Of a stretch of DNA of 13,384 bases, positions 1-8,044 are shown piece by piece (position 1 is the first letter of the stretch; the number at the start of each line of letters is the position of its first letter). The position numbers were made by a program, and so were the translations under genes. This DNA comes from a virus (taxonomy: Duplodnaviria > Heunggongvirae > Uroviricota > Caudoviricetes), in IMG/VR virus record IMGVR_UViG_2548876943_000023. One strand, given 5' to 3'. A model generated the notes under the pieces. The model ran no database searches and was not told the DNA's origin. It saw only the letters and a program-made list of their open reading frames with translations.

Positions 1-200
1 AGTTTGCTCCTGCCATAACGTGAAGAAGCAATGACCTGGTGGTCCGTGACTTCCCTACGCTGGCATTATCCAGATCAGGTAATACGGGTATTTCTTACTA
101 ATTACTTTTACCAGTTGATAATAAATAAGTTTTTAAGAACGCATAAATTAAAAGCCTCAGAACTGACCACACAACTGACCACACATTTTGTTGAAGCTCT

Positions 201-230
201 ACGAACAACGACGAACAATAACAAACAAAA
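201..230. repeat. Three tandem ~10-bp units ACGAACAACG / ACGAACAATA / ACAAACAAAA, preceded by a 2x tandem ACTGACCACACA (about 163-186)
   Basis: Read directly from the sequence. A similar ACGAACAA decamer triplet recurs at 7951-7980. A promoter-like TTGCTG-N18-TATCAT follows at about 238-267. Confidence 0.5.
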
Positions 231-1069
231 GGGAAATTTGCTGGTGGTTTTGCTTAACCGTTATCATTTTTCGGCTATCCGTCATGAAGCTGGTGGATGA
301 TCACGGATAACCAGGCATCCACAGCGCCTTAAAAAGCTGAACCCGACAAACATTTCTGCTTATCGGGTCCGATCGCTCTTTCTACTCGTGGCAGATGAGT
401 TTATTGGGAGAGGCGGAAACATTGTATCAGGCTATCCCCTTTCTGTGCTGATTTGCATAGTTGTATATAGCTGTGCGTCCACCAGACACGCAGGAATGGA
501 GTTTGTGAGGAACTATAAATCCTGCGCAAATTTTCCCGGCCCACTCAAATTGAGTTTTCCGAAAATATCAACGGCTTAGGCCAAAGACCGAAAACGGGCT
601 TTGTAAAAAATTAACCTAATACGGTCGCTTTAACCTACGGTAATCGTTCTGCTTCGATGTGTGTCCCCTCTGCGGCCATCATGACCATGCCATAACAAAA
701 ACCCCATATTCGTGGTTTTTCTGTGTCGGGGCTATTCTGCTGTTGCCGTGCTCGTGGATATTCTCCGGTATGCGGCTCCCCATATCGACATCAGGCCCAC
801 CAGCGTGAAGCGTTTTTCATTTTTCGCGGGTATAAAAAATCGATGGGGCTGGCAGTCCGGAAGACGTCAGGGTACAGAGATTTGACCCGCCCCTCCCTGT
901 GCATAAGCACAATAAGTAACCGAAGGCGGAATTCCGCCCTCGGTACTCACATATGAGAAACGATATTTCTTCCACCGATACCCTTTATTTGGGTATCGCG
1001 AGTAAGCCCCAAAATCTGGGTGTTACTCTTACTACCCAAACTACGGGTAGTTTCCGTAGTTTCATGGTC

Positions 1070-1089
1070 GAGTTGCAGATCTGCAACTC
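1070..1089. repeat. 20-bp perfect palindrome GAGTTGCAGATCTGCAACTC centred on AGATCT
   Basis: Exact 10+10 inverted repeat seen in sequence. Nearby are a CGATACCC-tttattt-GGGTATCG hairpin (976-998) and tandem GTAGTTTC x2 (1047-1063). Function unknown. Confidence 0.6.
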
Positions 1090-1220
1090 ACCCACCAGCG
1101 CAAGCAGAGCCACTAAATGATACGATATGAAGTGATACAAATCAGTAAACCACTTCAATTTTAAAAGACGCTACTCAACACAGTAAAGCGCCTTTTGTTA
1201 TTGTTTATATGCTTTCGAAA

Positions 1221-1260
1221 ACACAAATAAAAAGCACCAGTATGGTGCTTTGTGCTTTTA
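1221..1260. terminator. Bidirectional rho-independent terminator, mainly serving the minus-strand gene 1275-1637
   Basis: Stem AAGCACC (1232-1238), loop agtat, stem GGTGCTT (1244-1250). On the minus strand it is followed by TTTATTTGTGT; on the plus strand by TGTGCTTTT. It lies 25 bp past the stop of the 1275-1637 ORF. Confidence 0.6.
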
Positions 1261-1274
1261 ACGAGTCCAAATAC

Positions 1275-1637
1275 CTAGTACTCAGGAAGATTTTCTAAAT
1301 TATCCTTAGATGTACCATTGGCTCTAGTTGTAATGTAATCAATGTTGTTAACACGGTCTTTAACCACTTTTTGACCCTTCTTCCACTTACCGTCATCACC
1401 TATGAAAATGGTGTAAAACGTATAACCACTATCGATCTTATTCACTACCCACTGCCGTGTTTCTGATACCCCTCCCCCAACAGTATCCCCCTTATCAACA
1501 TGCACATACACATGGGTAATGTGAGTGTGCTTGTCGTTATATCGGACTTTAGAAATAAGGTAATCAGCCCATTTATCAATCATATTCCACCATAAGTTTG
1601 AACAGGAAAAGTCCTGCAATACTCTTATAAACAACAA
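1275..1637 (-). CDS. Hypothetical AT-rich cargo protein, His-rich motif HTHITHVYVHVDKGD; unknown function
   Basis: ORF in the six-frame track. The listed start is TTG at 1637 (upstream GGTAGGAAG). An alternative ATG at 1583 (MIDKWADYL..., upstream GGTGG) would give 101 aa. Visibly AT-rich compared with the adjacent terL. Sits between the terL stop and a terminator. No family recognised. Confidence 0.5.
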   Translation of the reverse strand: MLFIRVLQDFSCSNLWWNMIDKWADYLISKVRYNDKHTHITHVYVHVDKGDTVGGGVSETRQWVVNKIDSGYTFYTIFIGDDGKWKKGQKVVKDRVNNIDYITTRANGTSKDNLENLPEY

Positions 1638-1732
1638 AGCAGCGGCTTCCTACCCCACGATGGTAATATAGTGATCTAGAGCAATTTATATTTCCGATAA
1701 CATCGACACAACTCCACATTTACACTCTATTC

Positions 1733-3394
1733 TCAAATTCCATTAAATAAAGCCAACCGTTCTTTGTGGCTGTCGCTCATATCGAATGCAAATTCCTCAT
1801 GCTCTGCCTGGAATGTGCCAAACGCCATCAGCGCCGCAACACTCGGGTCTATCTTGTTGGATGATTTTTTCTTGTTCGGCTTGATATTGGCGTTTGCGTC
1901 ACTCTGCATCACAACATTACTCATTGACCAGGCCAGCACCGGATCACCACTATGCACAATCACCTTCCGGTTAACAAAAACCTCGAACGATTTCGCCGCC
2001 GGACTGAAACGAAGGTATGTTTGCGGGAACGGCTCCACCTCAAATCCTGCCCCCTGTAGCTGCGTCCTCAGGTGTGTGGCGTTCCATGTATCGAAACCCA
2101 CCAGCCTGATATTGAAATTCTCTGCATCCGCCATGATGTCATCACGGATACGGTCATAATCAATGCAGTCACCCGGTGTTGTGCGTATCCAGCCCGCCTT
2201 TACCCACTGGCGATAGATGGCGCGGTTTTTATTGGCGGGGTTCTGTAGCTGAAATTCCGGTAGATAGTGACGTGAAACCAGCATAATCTTTTTACCGACC
2301 GGGAAGGCATAGCACACGCTGGAAATATCGCTGGTTGATGATAAGTCCAGCCCCGCGTAGCACTCCTGCCCGTATAAATCCACCTCCGCGAACGTTCCGG
2401 CGCACTCCGCCCATGCACCGTTACCCATCCACGGCGTAGCCCCCTGACACCAGATATTGAATCGCTTGGTGAGCATTTCCACCCACTGCGACGGAATACC
2501 CCGCGCTTTCTGGATGGTTGAGGCCAGTTTTTCACGATCGACGGAAACATCGATATTGGGATTCGCCTTTATCCACATCGCCGGATCGTCAACCTCGCTT
2601 TCATCATCCAGCTCGTAAATCAGCACGAACATGGATTCGTTCACCTCTTCACCATCCAGTATCTGGCAGCAATAGTCGTAGTGTTGTTTACAGGCTGAAA
2701 CAACGTTGCTCCCCGATGTGGTGATGGCAAATAATAACCCCTCCGGACGCGCCCCCATTCCCAGTTCAAGCGCGGAATAAACCCCGTTGTCAGGGTGCAG
2801 GTGATATTCATCCACAATGGCAAGACTCGGATTTGTACCTTCAATGGTTGCCGCTTTTGCTGCCAGTGGCTTTAACAGGCTGTTGGTTTTCGGGTGTATC
2901 ACCTTGTGTGCCTGAATATTTACCCGCTTTCGTAACGGTCGGGATAAAAGGCACATCTGACGCGCATCATCAAACACGATCCGCGCCTGATCACGACTCA
3001 CGGCGGCGGTGTAAATATCCTGCTGCCCGTTTTCCATAACCAGAAACCAGTTAGCCAGGATAGCGGCGACCGTGGATTTGGCATTTTTTCGCGGTACTTC
3101 AATGAATGCGCTGGTGTATTTGCGCCGTCCGGTGGCCTTAACCTTAAAGCCCAGGATGCAGGCAAAGGCGAACTGCTGCCACGGCTCCAGTTCAATGGGG
3201 CTACCGCGCATTGCGCCTTTTACGTGCGGGCACACCCGGGAAAAGGCAATAAACCGCTCCACGACCTCCGGATCGAACGTGTAAAGGGGGTTTTCAAGGT
3301 CAGAAAAATACCGTTTAACGGCCTGTTTCAGTCGTTTACAGGCCGTAATTTTGCCGTTTTTTACGCCTTCTGCGTACTCATGCCAGGCGGTCAA
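1733..3394 (-). CDS. terL: Phage terminase large subunit (ATPase/nuclease)
   Basis: 553-aa ORF whose length and overall sequence character are those of a phage large terminase, placed immediately after terS. Start is TTG at 3394 with an upstream AGAGGAAGAGGA Shine-Dalgarno; it overlaps the terS 3' end by 17 nt. Confidence 0.9.
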   Translation of the reverse strand: MTAWHEYAEGVKNGKITACKRLKQAVKRYFSDLENPLYTFDPEVVERFIAFSRVCPHVKGAMRGSPIELEPWQQFAFACILGFKVKATGRRKYTSAFIEVPRKNAKSTVAAILANWFLVMENGQQDIYTAAVSRDQARIVFDDARQMCLLSRPLRKRVNIQAHKVIHPKTNSLLKPLAAKAATIEGTNPSLAIVDEYHLHPDNGVYSALELGMGARPEGLLFAITTSGSNVVSACKQHYDYCCQILDGEEVNESMFVLIYELDDESEVDDPAMWIKANPNIDVSVDREKLASTIQKARGIPSQWVEMLTKRFNIWCQGATPWMGNGAWAECAGTFAEVDLYGQECYAGLDLSSTSDISSVCYAFPVGKKIMLVSRHYLPEFQLQNPANKNRAIYRQWVKAGWIRTTPGDCIDYDRIRDDIMADAENFNIRLVGFDTWNATHLRTQLQGAGFEVEPFPQTYLRFSPAAKSFEVFVNRKVIVHSGDPVLAWSMSNVVMQSDANANIKPNKKKSSNKIDPSVAALMAFGTFQAEHEEFAFDMSDSHKERLALFNGI

Positions 3395-3734
3395 GCTCGT
3401 CCTCTTCCTCTGTTTCCGGTGGATTTCTGCGGCGGCTTACCGGGTCAAAACCCAGCAAAGAAGCCATTTTGATCATTATTCTTTCTGCGTCAGCCTTTGC
3501 GCTCAGGGCGGGGTTTCTGCTCTCGCTGCCCTGACTGTTAACAATGCTGAACCCGCGCGTCGCAAGGTCTTCGACGGCTTTGCGGTATATGGAGTAGTTA
3601 ACGCAATACAGTTCCAGATTGCTCCAGTCGGCTGGGGTAAGGTCTTCCCGCCCGGAAAGCTGGCGCGATTTTTCCTTCCACTGCCTGACCGCGATTTCAT
3701 CCAGGTAAGCGGGGACTTTTGGTGGTCTTGCCAT
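3378..3734 (-). CDS. terS: Phage terminase small subunit, P27-family-like
   Basis: 118 aa from an internal ATG (MARPPKVPAYLDEIAVRQWKEK...), with an acidic C-terminus EEEDELDRLA. The longer N-terminal extension in the ORF track is rejected because it is not protein-like and overlaps upstream sequence. Shine-Dalgarno is weak. Confidence 0.8.
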   Translation of the reverse strand: MARPPKVPAYLDEIAVRQWKEKSRQLSGREDLTPADWSNLELYCVNYSIYRKAVEDLATRGFSIVNSQGSESRNPALSAKADAERIMIKMASLLGFDPVSRRRNPPETEEEDELDRLA

Positions 3735-3853
3735 GTTCTTTTTTCGCCCAATTATTTTCAAAAAAATTCCCGTGCACAAAAATTTGAGGAGGCGGTCGGT
3801 GTCCGGCAGGGACGGTTTCGTCCTGAAAACCACCCCCACCCCCTCTGACGGCC

Positions 3854-4030
3854 TCACCAGCGATTGCGAAAACATTCCATGACCTCGCGGTCACGGTCGG
3901 TTAATCGCTTCGCTGTGGTGCGTTTTGTGCGCCCTGTCCTGTTGGCTTTGTGCTCTGTCTCCTGTGTCTTCCATGTGTCACGCTGCCTTATCAGTCCACG
4001 TATCAGCCTGGTTTGCTCCTGTTCAGTCAT
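3854..4030 (-). CDS. Small basic hypothetical protein (58 aa), possibly coupled to HNH
   Basis: Internal ATG at 4028-4030 overlaps the HNH 3' end by 8 nt (ATGACTGA). Product MTEQEQTRLIRGLIRQRDTWK... is highly basic. No recognisable family, so it may be spurious. Confidence 0.3.
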   Translation of the reverse strand: MTEQEQTRLIRGLIRQRDTWKTQETEHKANRTGRTKRTTAKRLTDRDREVMECFRNRW

Positions 4031-4463
4031 CATCGCCATACATCCAGTCGTTACGGTGTGCCGCCCGTTCTTCCTGCTCGCGATACATGCCCGCTTTACG
4101 GTTTGCTTTCGTGGCTGGATCTTCCCGTGTCGTCTTACGGTTGTGGCACGTCTGGCACAATGCCTGGTGATTCCACTCAGGCCAGAAGAGAACATCACCG
4201 CCGCCATTGATGGGAATGATGTGATCCACCACAAGAGCTGGTGTATAAATACCCTTAGCCAGACAACGCACGCATAACGGGTTTTTGCTCAGGTACAGGG
4301 CGCGGTATTTGTCCCACTGTCGGGAATACCCACGTGCGCGGCGGTGTCCCCGTCTGGCATCCTCTGCACGCCATGCAGCCCGCCTGTGCTCTTCACACTT
4401 GCCGGACTTCACGCGCTTATTACAGCCCGGCTCAGTGCATCGCCTTAATGGTTGCCACGGCAT
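4023..4463 (-). CDS. HNH endonuclease (packaging-associated)
   Basis: Cys pairs and the motif CVRCLAKGIYTPALVVDHIIPINGGGDVLFWPEWNHQALCQTCHNRKT (CxxC...DH...N...CxxCH) are typical of HNH. It is adjacent to terS/terL, as in HK97-like cos phages. Its ATG overlaps the connector stop. Confidence 0.85.
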   Translation of the reverse strand: MPWQPLRRCTEPGCNKRVKSGKCEEHRRAAWRAEDARRGHRRARGYSRQWDKYRALYLSKNPLCVRCLAKGIYTPALVVDHIIPINGGGDVLFWPEWNHQALCQTCHNRKTTREDPATKANRKAGMYREQEERAAHRNDWMYGDDD

Positions 4464-4765
4464 CAGTACACCCCCACATCACGATAAACCGACCAGAGCG
4501 CAGAAATAGCCATAGGCAGTTCCGAGTGCTCAACTGGTGAAACCGCTTCCCGGTTCTCGTACAGAAAAGCGATGTACATCAGGCAACCAACACGTATTGC
4601 CGGGGTAAATTCCAGGCCGTCTTCAAAACGTTTCCCGATATGCTTCTGGCAGGCTTCCAGCGCCGCATCGGTATATATTTGCAGAAGTTCAACCTCACCA
4701 TAAAAATCATCATCAAGGCGAAGATGGGCCATTACTTCATTAAGCGTAATTCTGGATTCACTCAT
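4463..4765 (-). CDS. Head-tail connector protein (gp6-like)
   Basis: 100 aa from ATG at 4765 (MSESRITLNEVMAHLRLDDD...), the characteristic N-terminal pattern of gp6-like connectors. Shine-Dalgarno AAGGTG is upstream. Start overlaps the portal 3' end by 8 nt. Confidence 0.75.
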   Translation of the reverse strand: MSESRITLNEVMAHLRLDDDFYGEVELLQIYTDAALEACQKHIGKRFEDGLEFTPAIRVGCLMYIAFLYENREAVSPVEHSELPMAISALWSVYRDVGVY

Positions 4766-5972
4766 CTTTTTCACCTTTAATTTCCACAGTCTGCTTCCAT
4801 GCCTGGCTGAACTCATCACCACCTTCACGCGGCGGCATACCCTCACGCTCACGGGCTTCGTTCGGATTCATGATCCCGTTCTTAATCCCTTTCTCATACG
4901 TGGCATAACGTTCGGTGGGTGTGGCGCGTAATAAATCGGCTGAATCAAACTCAACCAGATAACGGGTACCAGGTACGGGAGAAGCCACCAGCAAAGCGGC
5001 CTTGATTTGCTGTTCGAAGTTCGCCAGCCATGGGCGCATTGTCATGGTCAGAAACGCGCGGCTTGCCTCGCTGAAATTGCTGTAGGTGCTGTTGCTGTAT
5101 TCCTGCAGAAAAATAGGCGATACGTTGAACATGCGGGCGATGTCTTCAATGGAGAAGCGACGGGAGGCCAGCCATTCCGCATCCTGGTTACTCATTCCCA
5201 GTTGCTTGTAATCCATGCCCCCTTCAAGGATTGGCGTTTTTCCGGCATTTTTCGCCCCCTTGTAGCGTTCCAGAGCATCTAATGCCTGTTTACCTTTCAC
5301 GCCGTCCAGCCATTCGCCTGACGTGATAATCCCTGCCGCCATCATGCCATCTTTCATAATGCTGGCTCCGTGGCGCTGTTGAGCAAGGCCAAGCCCAAGT
5401 GCCTCACGGCAAATCGTGACGGGGGAGCGCCCCAGAAAGCCATCATCCGAGGCATAGCGGAGATGCAGAACTTCTTCCTGTAAATACGTGCGCACCGTTC
5501 CTGTATAGGGTTCGGTGATGGTATATCGGTATTTGTGTGCGCCTGTGCGTTCCGGTACAACACAACCCGGTGCATAAGGATGAAGTGATTTGGGCTGCCC
5601 GTCCCGCCCCCACTCAATAACCGCATAGGCGTTACCGTTCAGCAGGCAGTGACGCATCATTGTGCGTTTAAACTGGTAAGGTGTCTGGCACGAATTAGGC
5701 TGCTCATTCAGCAGAATATCTACCGGGTGACTGTCCAGCCATTCCCGCGCCTCCCTGCCCTTGTCATTACGTACCAGATACAGATAACACGGCATCGTGG
5801 CCACCGCCTCAGCGATGACAGAAACCGCGTTCATCACTGCAGGCAATGATTCAGCCGTCCCGGCAGAAACATATTCTCCGGATCCGGTATTCGGTACGCC
5901 GGACAGCGCCAGAAAATCATCAATGGACAGGTTACGCTGCTCGCTTTTTTTACGACTAAAAGGCCACCACAT
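4758..5972 (-). CDS. Phage portal protein, HK97 family
   Basis: 404 aa from ATG at 5972 (MWWPFSRKK...). Size and position fit an HK97-type portal, with an acidic C-terminus. The start lies 1 nt from the protease stop. Confidence 0.9.
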   Translation of the reverse strand: MWWPFSRKKSEQRNLSIDDFLALSGVPNTGSGEYVSAGTAESLPAVMNAVSVIAEAVATMPCYLYLVRNDKGREAREWLDSHPVDILLNEQPNSCQTPYQFKRTMMRHCLLNGNAYAVIEWGRDGQPKSLHPYAPGCVVPERTGAHKYRYTITEPYTGTVRTYLQEEVLHLRYASDDGFLGRSPVTICREALGLGLAQQRHGASIMKDGMMAAGIITSGEWLDGVKGKQALDALERYKGAKNAGKTPILEGGMDYKQLGMSNQDAEWLASRRFSIEDIARMFNVSPIFLQEYSNSTYSNFSEASRAFLTMTMRPWLANFEQQIKAALLVASPVPGTRYLVEFDSADLLRATPTERYATYEKGIKNGIMNPNEAREREGMPPREGGDEFSQAWKQTVEIKGEKDE

Positions 5973-5973
5973 A

Positions 5974-6534
5974 TCACAACCCCGCCAGCTCAGACCAACG
6001 ATGACGATTATTTCCTGTCGGACGTAATTCAGGGTGCTGTGCAAACAACGAACGGCGGGCAATCTCCACGCCAGATTCTGGATAAGCAGGCATCGACGTT
6101 ATTGTGATTTCACGGAGTTCAGCGGCGGTTACGGTACGCAGATACGGTTTTTGCGCAATACTCCACTCCTCGCATAATGCGCGAAAACCAAAGCTCATTC
6201 CTGTAATGTCGCCACGCTCCACCAGCGTAAGCACATCTTTTCCAAGCTGGGTATCCGGCGGTGTCAGCTCAAAACGTAACCCGGTGTTATCCTCAGTCAG
6301 TACCAGAGTGCCGGATTTGGTGCGCCCCAGCAGTTGGGTATAGTCATGCTCATACAGGCAGCGCACATCATTACCCGCCGCCAGATAGTCAGCAAAAGCC
6401 CCCGGCGTGAACTGTTCGCGGAATTCGTCCCAGATAATTTCTGAAAGGCTGTTCCAGCGAACGGCATACCCCACCAGCTTTTTATTGCTGGCGGTCAGTT
6501 CAGATGTGCGGATTTCAAAATCGGTGTTTTTCAT
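5974..6534 (-). CDS. Prohead protease, HK97 family
   Basis: 186 aa with motifs LVGYAVRWNS...FTPGAF...YEHD...LGRT...TEDNTGLRFEL...GMSFGF consistent with HK97 prohead protease. GGAG Shine-Dalgarno 8 nt upstream. Confidence 0.85.
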   Translation of the reverse strand: MKNTDFEIRTSELTASNKKLVGYAVRWNSLSEIIWDEFREQFTPGAFADYLAAGNDVRCLYEHDYTQLLGRTKSGTLVLTEDNTGLRFELTPPDTQLGKDVLTLVERGDITGMSFGFRALCEEWSIAQKPYLRTVTAAELREITITSMPAYPESGVEIARRSLFAQHPELRPTGNNRHRWSELAGL

Positions 6535-6554
6535 CGGTGTACTCCATAAAGCTG

Positions 6555-6580
6555 AAAAAGGAGGCCGCAGCCTCCTCCTT
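6555..6580 (-). terminator. Intra-operon hairpin with T-tract between the capsid and protease genes (likely a partial terminator)
   Basis: On the minus strand: AGGAGGC-tgcg-GCCTCCT (7-bp GC-rich stem, 4-nt loop) followed by TTTT. It sits 9-34 nt downstream of the capsid stop. Confidence 0.45.
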
Positions 6581-6588
6581 ACTCATGA

Positions 6589-7758
6589 CTAGCCAGCTTT
6601 CATTTCCAGAATTTTGATGGCGTTTGAATCCACCACACCACCGCCCAGATATTTATCCGTGTGGACCTTGTAGAATCCGGGTTCAGTAATGTTGTCCGGT
6701 CGGGTGCGAATCCCTGTTACATGATCAACGATGAAATAACCACGACTGAAATCGCCAACCGCTAGCGGTGCTTTTCCTGCGCCGATGTCCGGCATGGACT
6801 CCAGGCAGTAAACAGGACGACCAAGCAACATATCCGGCGCACCTTCTTTAAGGCTGTCGCGCCAGATATAATCGCCGTTCTCATTTTTCAGCTTCTGTAG
6901 TGTCCCTGCCGTGCCCGAGTTCATCACCCAGACGGCATTTTTGCGGTATTTCGCTTTCAGCTTGTAGAGAATGTCGATCAGTTCGTCCGCTGTAATGGCG
7001 GTTCCACTTGCCGCTACCATTTTTTCAATGGTGCCAAAAGCGCGGGTTTTGTCACTGGTCGCCGCACGGGTGTAAGCCATGAAGCCTTTCGGCTTGCCGT
7101 TACCGTCGCCATTAACAAAATCATCCTCTTCGGTGCTGGCGAACGTGTCGGCAATTTCGGAGGATAACCAGCCCAGAATATCCACCTCTGAAAAATCAAG
7201 GATTTCCTGCGTGGTTTTCGGGTAGGCGTAGATCGGATTCAGCTTGATGGTTACGCGTTCAATTTTCGGGGTGTTGGTTTCACTGCGTGCGCTGCCTTCT
7301 GTGCCTCGTCCTACAGTTGCGCCGCCAGTGGAAACCAGTTTCTGAAACTCATTTGATTTTGCGGTCTTCACGGTCGCGATCACGCGCATAACACTGTCAT
7401 CCTGTAGCTGGCGCATGACTTCGCGATCGAGCTCAGGAATTACGGTATATCCGCCATCCCTGCCGCTGTCAGTGCTGGTGGACAGTGATCGCACATCTCC
7501 GGTTACGATGTAGTTACGCAATTCATCAGATGATAATTTCTGGATGCCCGTTCCTGGCTTGCTGCGTTCTTCATCAGCCACAGACTCGAGGCGGGAAATT
7601 TCTGTGTCGAGGGAGTCGGCTTTTGCACGCAGTTCATCAAACTGTTTGCCCTCGTCATCGTTCAGGCTGCGGTTTTCACTGTCGGCTTTTTCCAGCAGAG
7701 ATCGCATCTGGTTTTTCAGGGCGGTTTTTTGCTGGCGGAGTTCGATTAATTTCTTCAT
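6589..7758 (-). CDS. Major capsid protein, HK97 family, with N-terminal coiled-coil (delta/scaffold-like) region
   Basis: 389 aa. The N-terminal ~70 aa (MKKLIELRQQKTALKNQMRSLLEKADSENRSL...) look like a coiled coil, followed by a body typical of an HK97-fold capsid. Gene order context supports the call. Confidence 0.9.
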   Translation of the reverse strand: MKKLIELRQQKTALKNQMRSLLEKADSENRSLNDDEGKQFDELRAKADSLDTEISRLESVADEERSKPGTGIQKLSSDELRNYIVTGDVRSLSTSTDSGRDGGYTVIPELDREVMRQLQDDSVMRVIATVKTAKSNEFQKLVSTGGATVGRGTEGSARSETNTPKIERVTIKLNPIYAYPKTTQEILDFSEVDILGWLSSEIADTFASTEEDDFVNGDGNGKPKGFMAYTRAATSDKTRAFGTIEKMVAASGTAITADELIDILYKLKAKYRKNAVWVMNSGTAGTLQKLKNENGDYIWRDSLKEGAPDMLLGRPVYCLESMPDIGAGKAPLAVGDFSRGYFIVDHVTGIRTRPDNITEPGFYKVHTDKYLGGGVVDSNAIKILEMKAG

Positions 7759-7828
7759 GAAGGTTTTCTCGTATTGGTTAAGATTCAGGACGTGAAACCA
7801 ACACGGAGGGAGCGCCGCCCGACACTCT

Positions 7829-7878
7829 CGGCATCTCGCAGATCAACCCGGCATCGCGCAGGGGGTCAGGCGGCATTG
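7829..7878. promoter_or_regulatory. Phased direct repeats CGGCATCTCGCAG / CGGCATCGCGCAG / CGGCATTG upstream of the capsid operon
   Basis: Repeats start at 7829, 7849 and 7871, about two helical turns apart, and lie 70-120 bp upstream of the capsid ATG on the minus strand. Possibly activator sites; function inferred. Confidence 0.3.
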
Positions 7879-7950
7879 TGGCGGCTCACGTCTGAGTGCC
7901 ACGCTCCAACATATACATAAAAATCAGTATGTAAACACCTGTCAGTCAGA

Positions 7951-7980
7951 CCGAACAACCACGAAAGAACACGAACAAAT
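7951..7980. repeat. Three tandem decamers CCGAACAACC / ACGAAAGAAC / ACGAACAAAT directly upstream of the cassette promoter
   Basis: Read from the sequence. Same ACGAACAA motif family as 201-230. Confidence 0.5.
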
Positions 7981-7982
7981 AA

Positions 7983-8044
7983 TTTACAAAAGAAGTAAAC
8001 CATGGCCTATTATTGCTGTCTCTGACTACAACAAAGGACGCATC
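7983..8044 (+). promoter_or_regulatory. Sigma70-like promoter and RBS for the antisense cargo gene
   Basis: TTTACA (7983-7988), about 18-19 bp spacer, TATTAT (8008-8013). Shine-Dalgarno AAAGGA (8033-8038) is 6 nt before the ATG at 8045. Confidence 0.45.

Noticed and set aside
31-956. Plus-strand ORFs 31-300, 388-579 and 723-956 in the left flank
   Set aside because: They lack convincing Shine-Dalgarno sequences, their translations are not protein-like, and they overlap tandem repeats and palindromes. Treated as noncoding.
1-1270. tRNA gene or att core at the left end
   Set aside because: I found no T-loop (GTTCRANYC) or acceptor/CCA pattern by eye. The opposite boundary is outside the window, so att repeats cannot be confirmed.
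1764-3284. Antisense and alternative-frame ORFs inside terL (for example 1764-2159, 2200-2550, 2518-2724, 3072-3284)
   Set aside because: Shadow ORFs within a well-supported terminase gene, with Arg/Ser/Pro-rich composition.
3864-4540. Plus-strand ORFs opposite the HNH region and minus-strand ORF 3697-3894
   Set aside because: Shadow frames of HNH and terS with Cys/Arg-rich or Gly-run translations and no ribosome-binding sites.
7014-7795. ORFs 7014-7199 (-), 7485-7760 (+) and 7544-7795 (+) overlapping the capsid gene
   Set aside because: Alternative-frame artefacts within the major capsid CDS with low-complexity translations.
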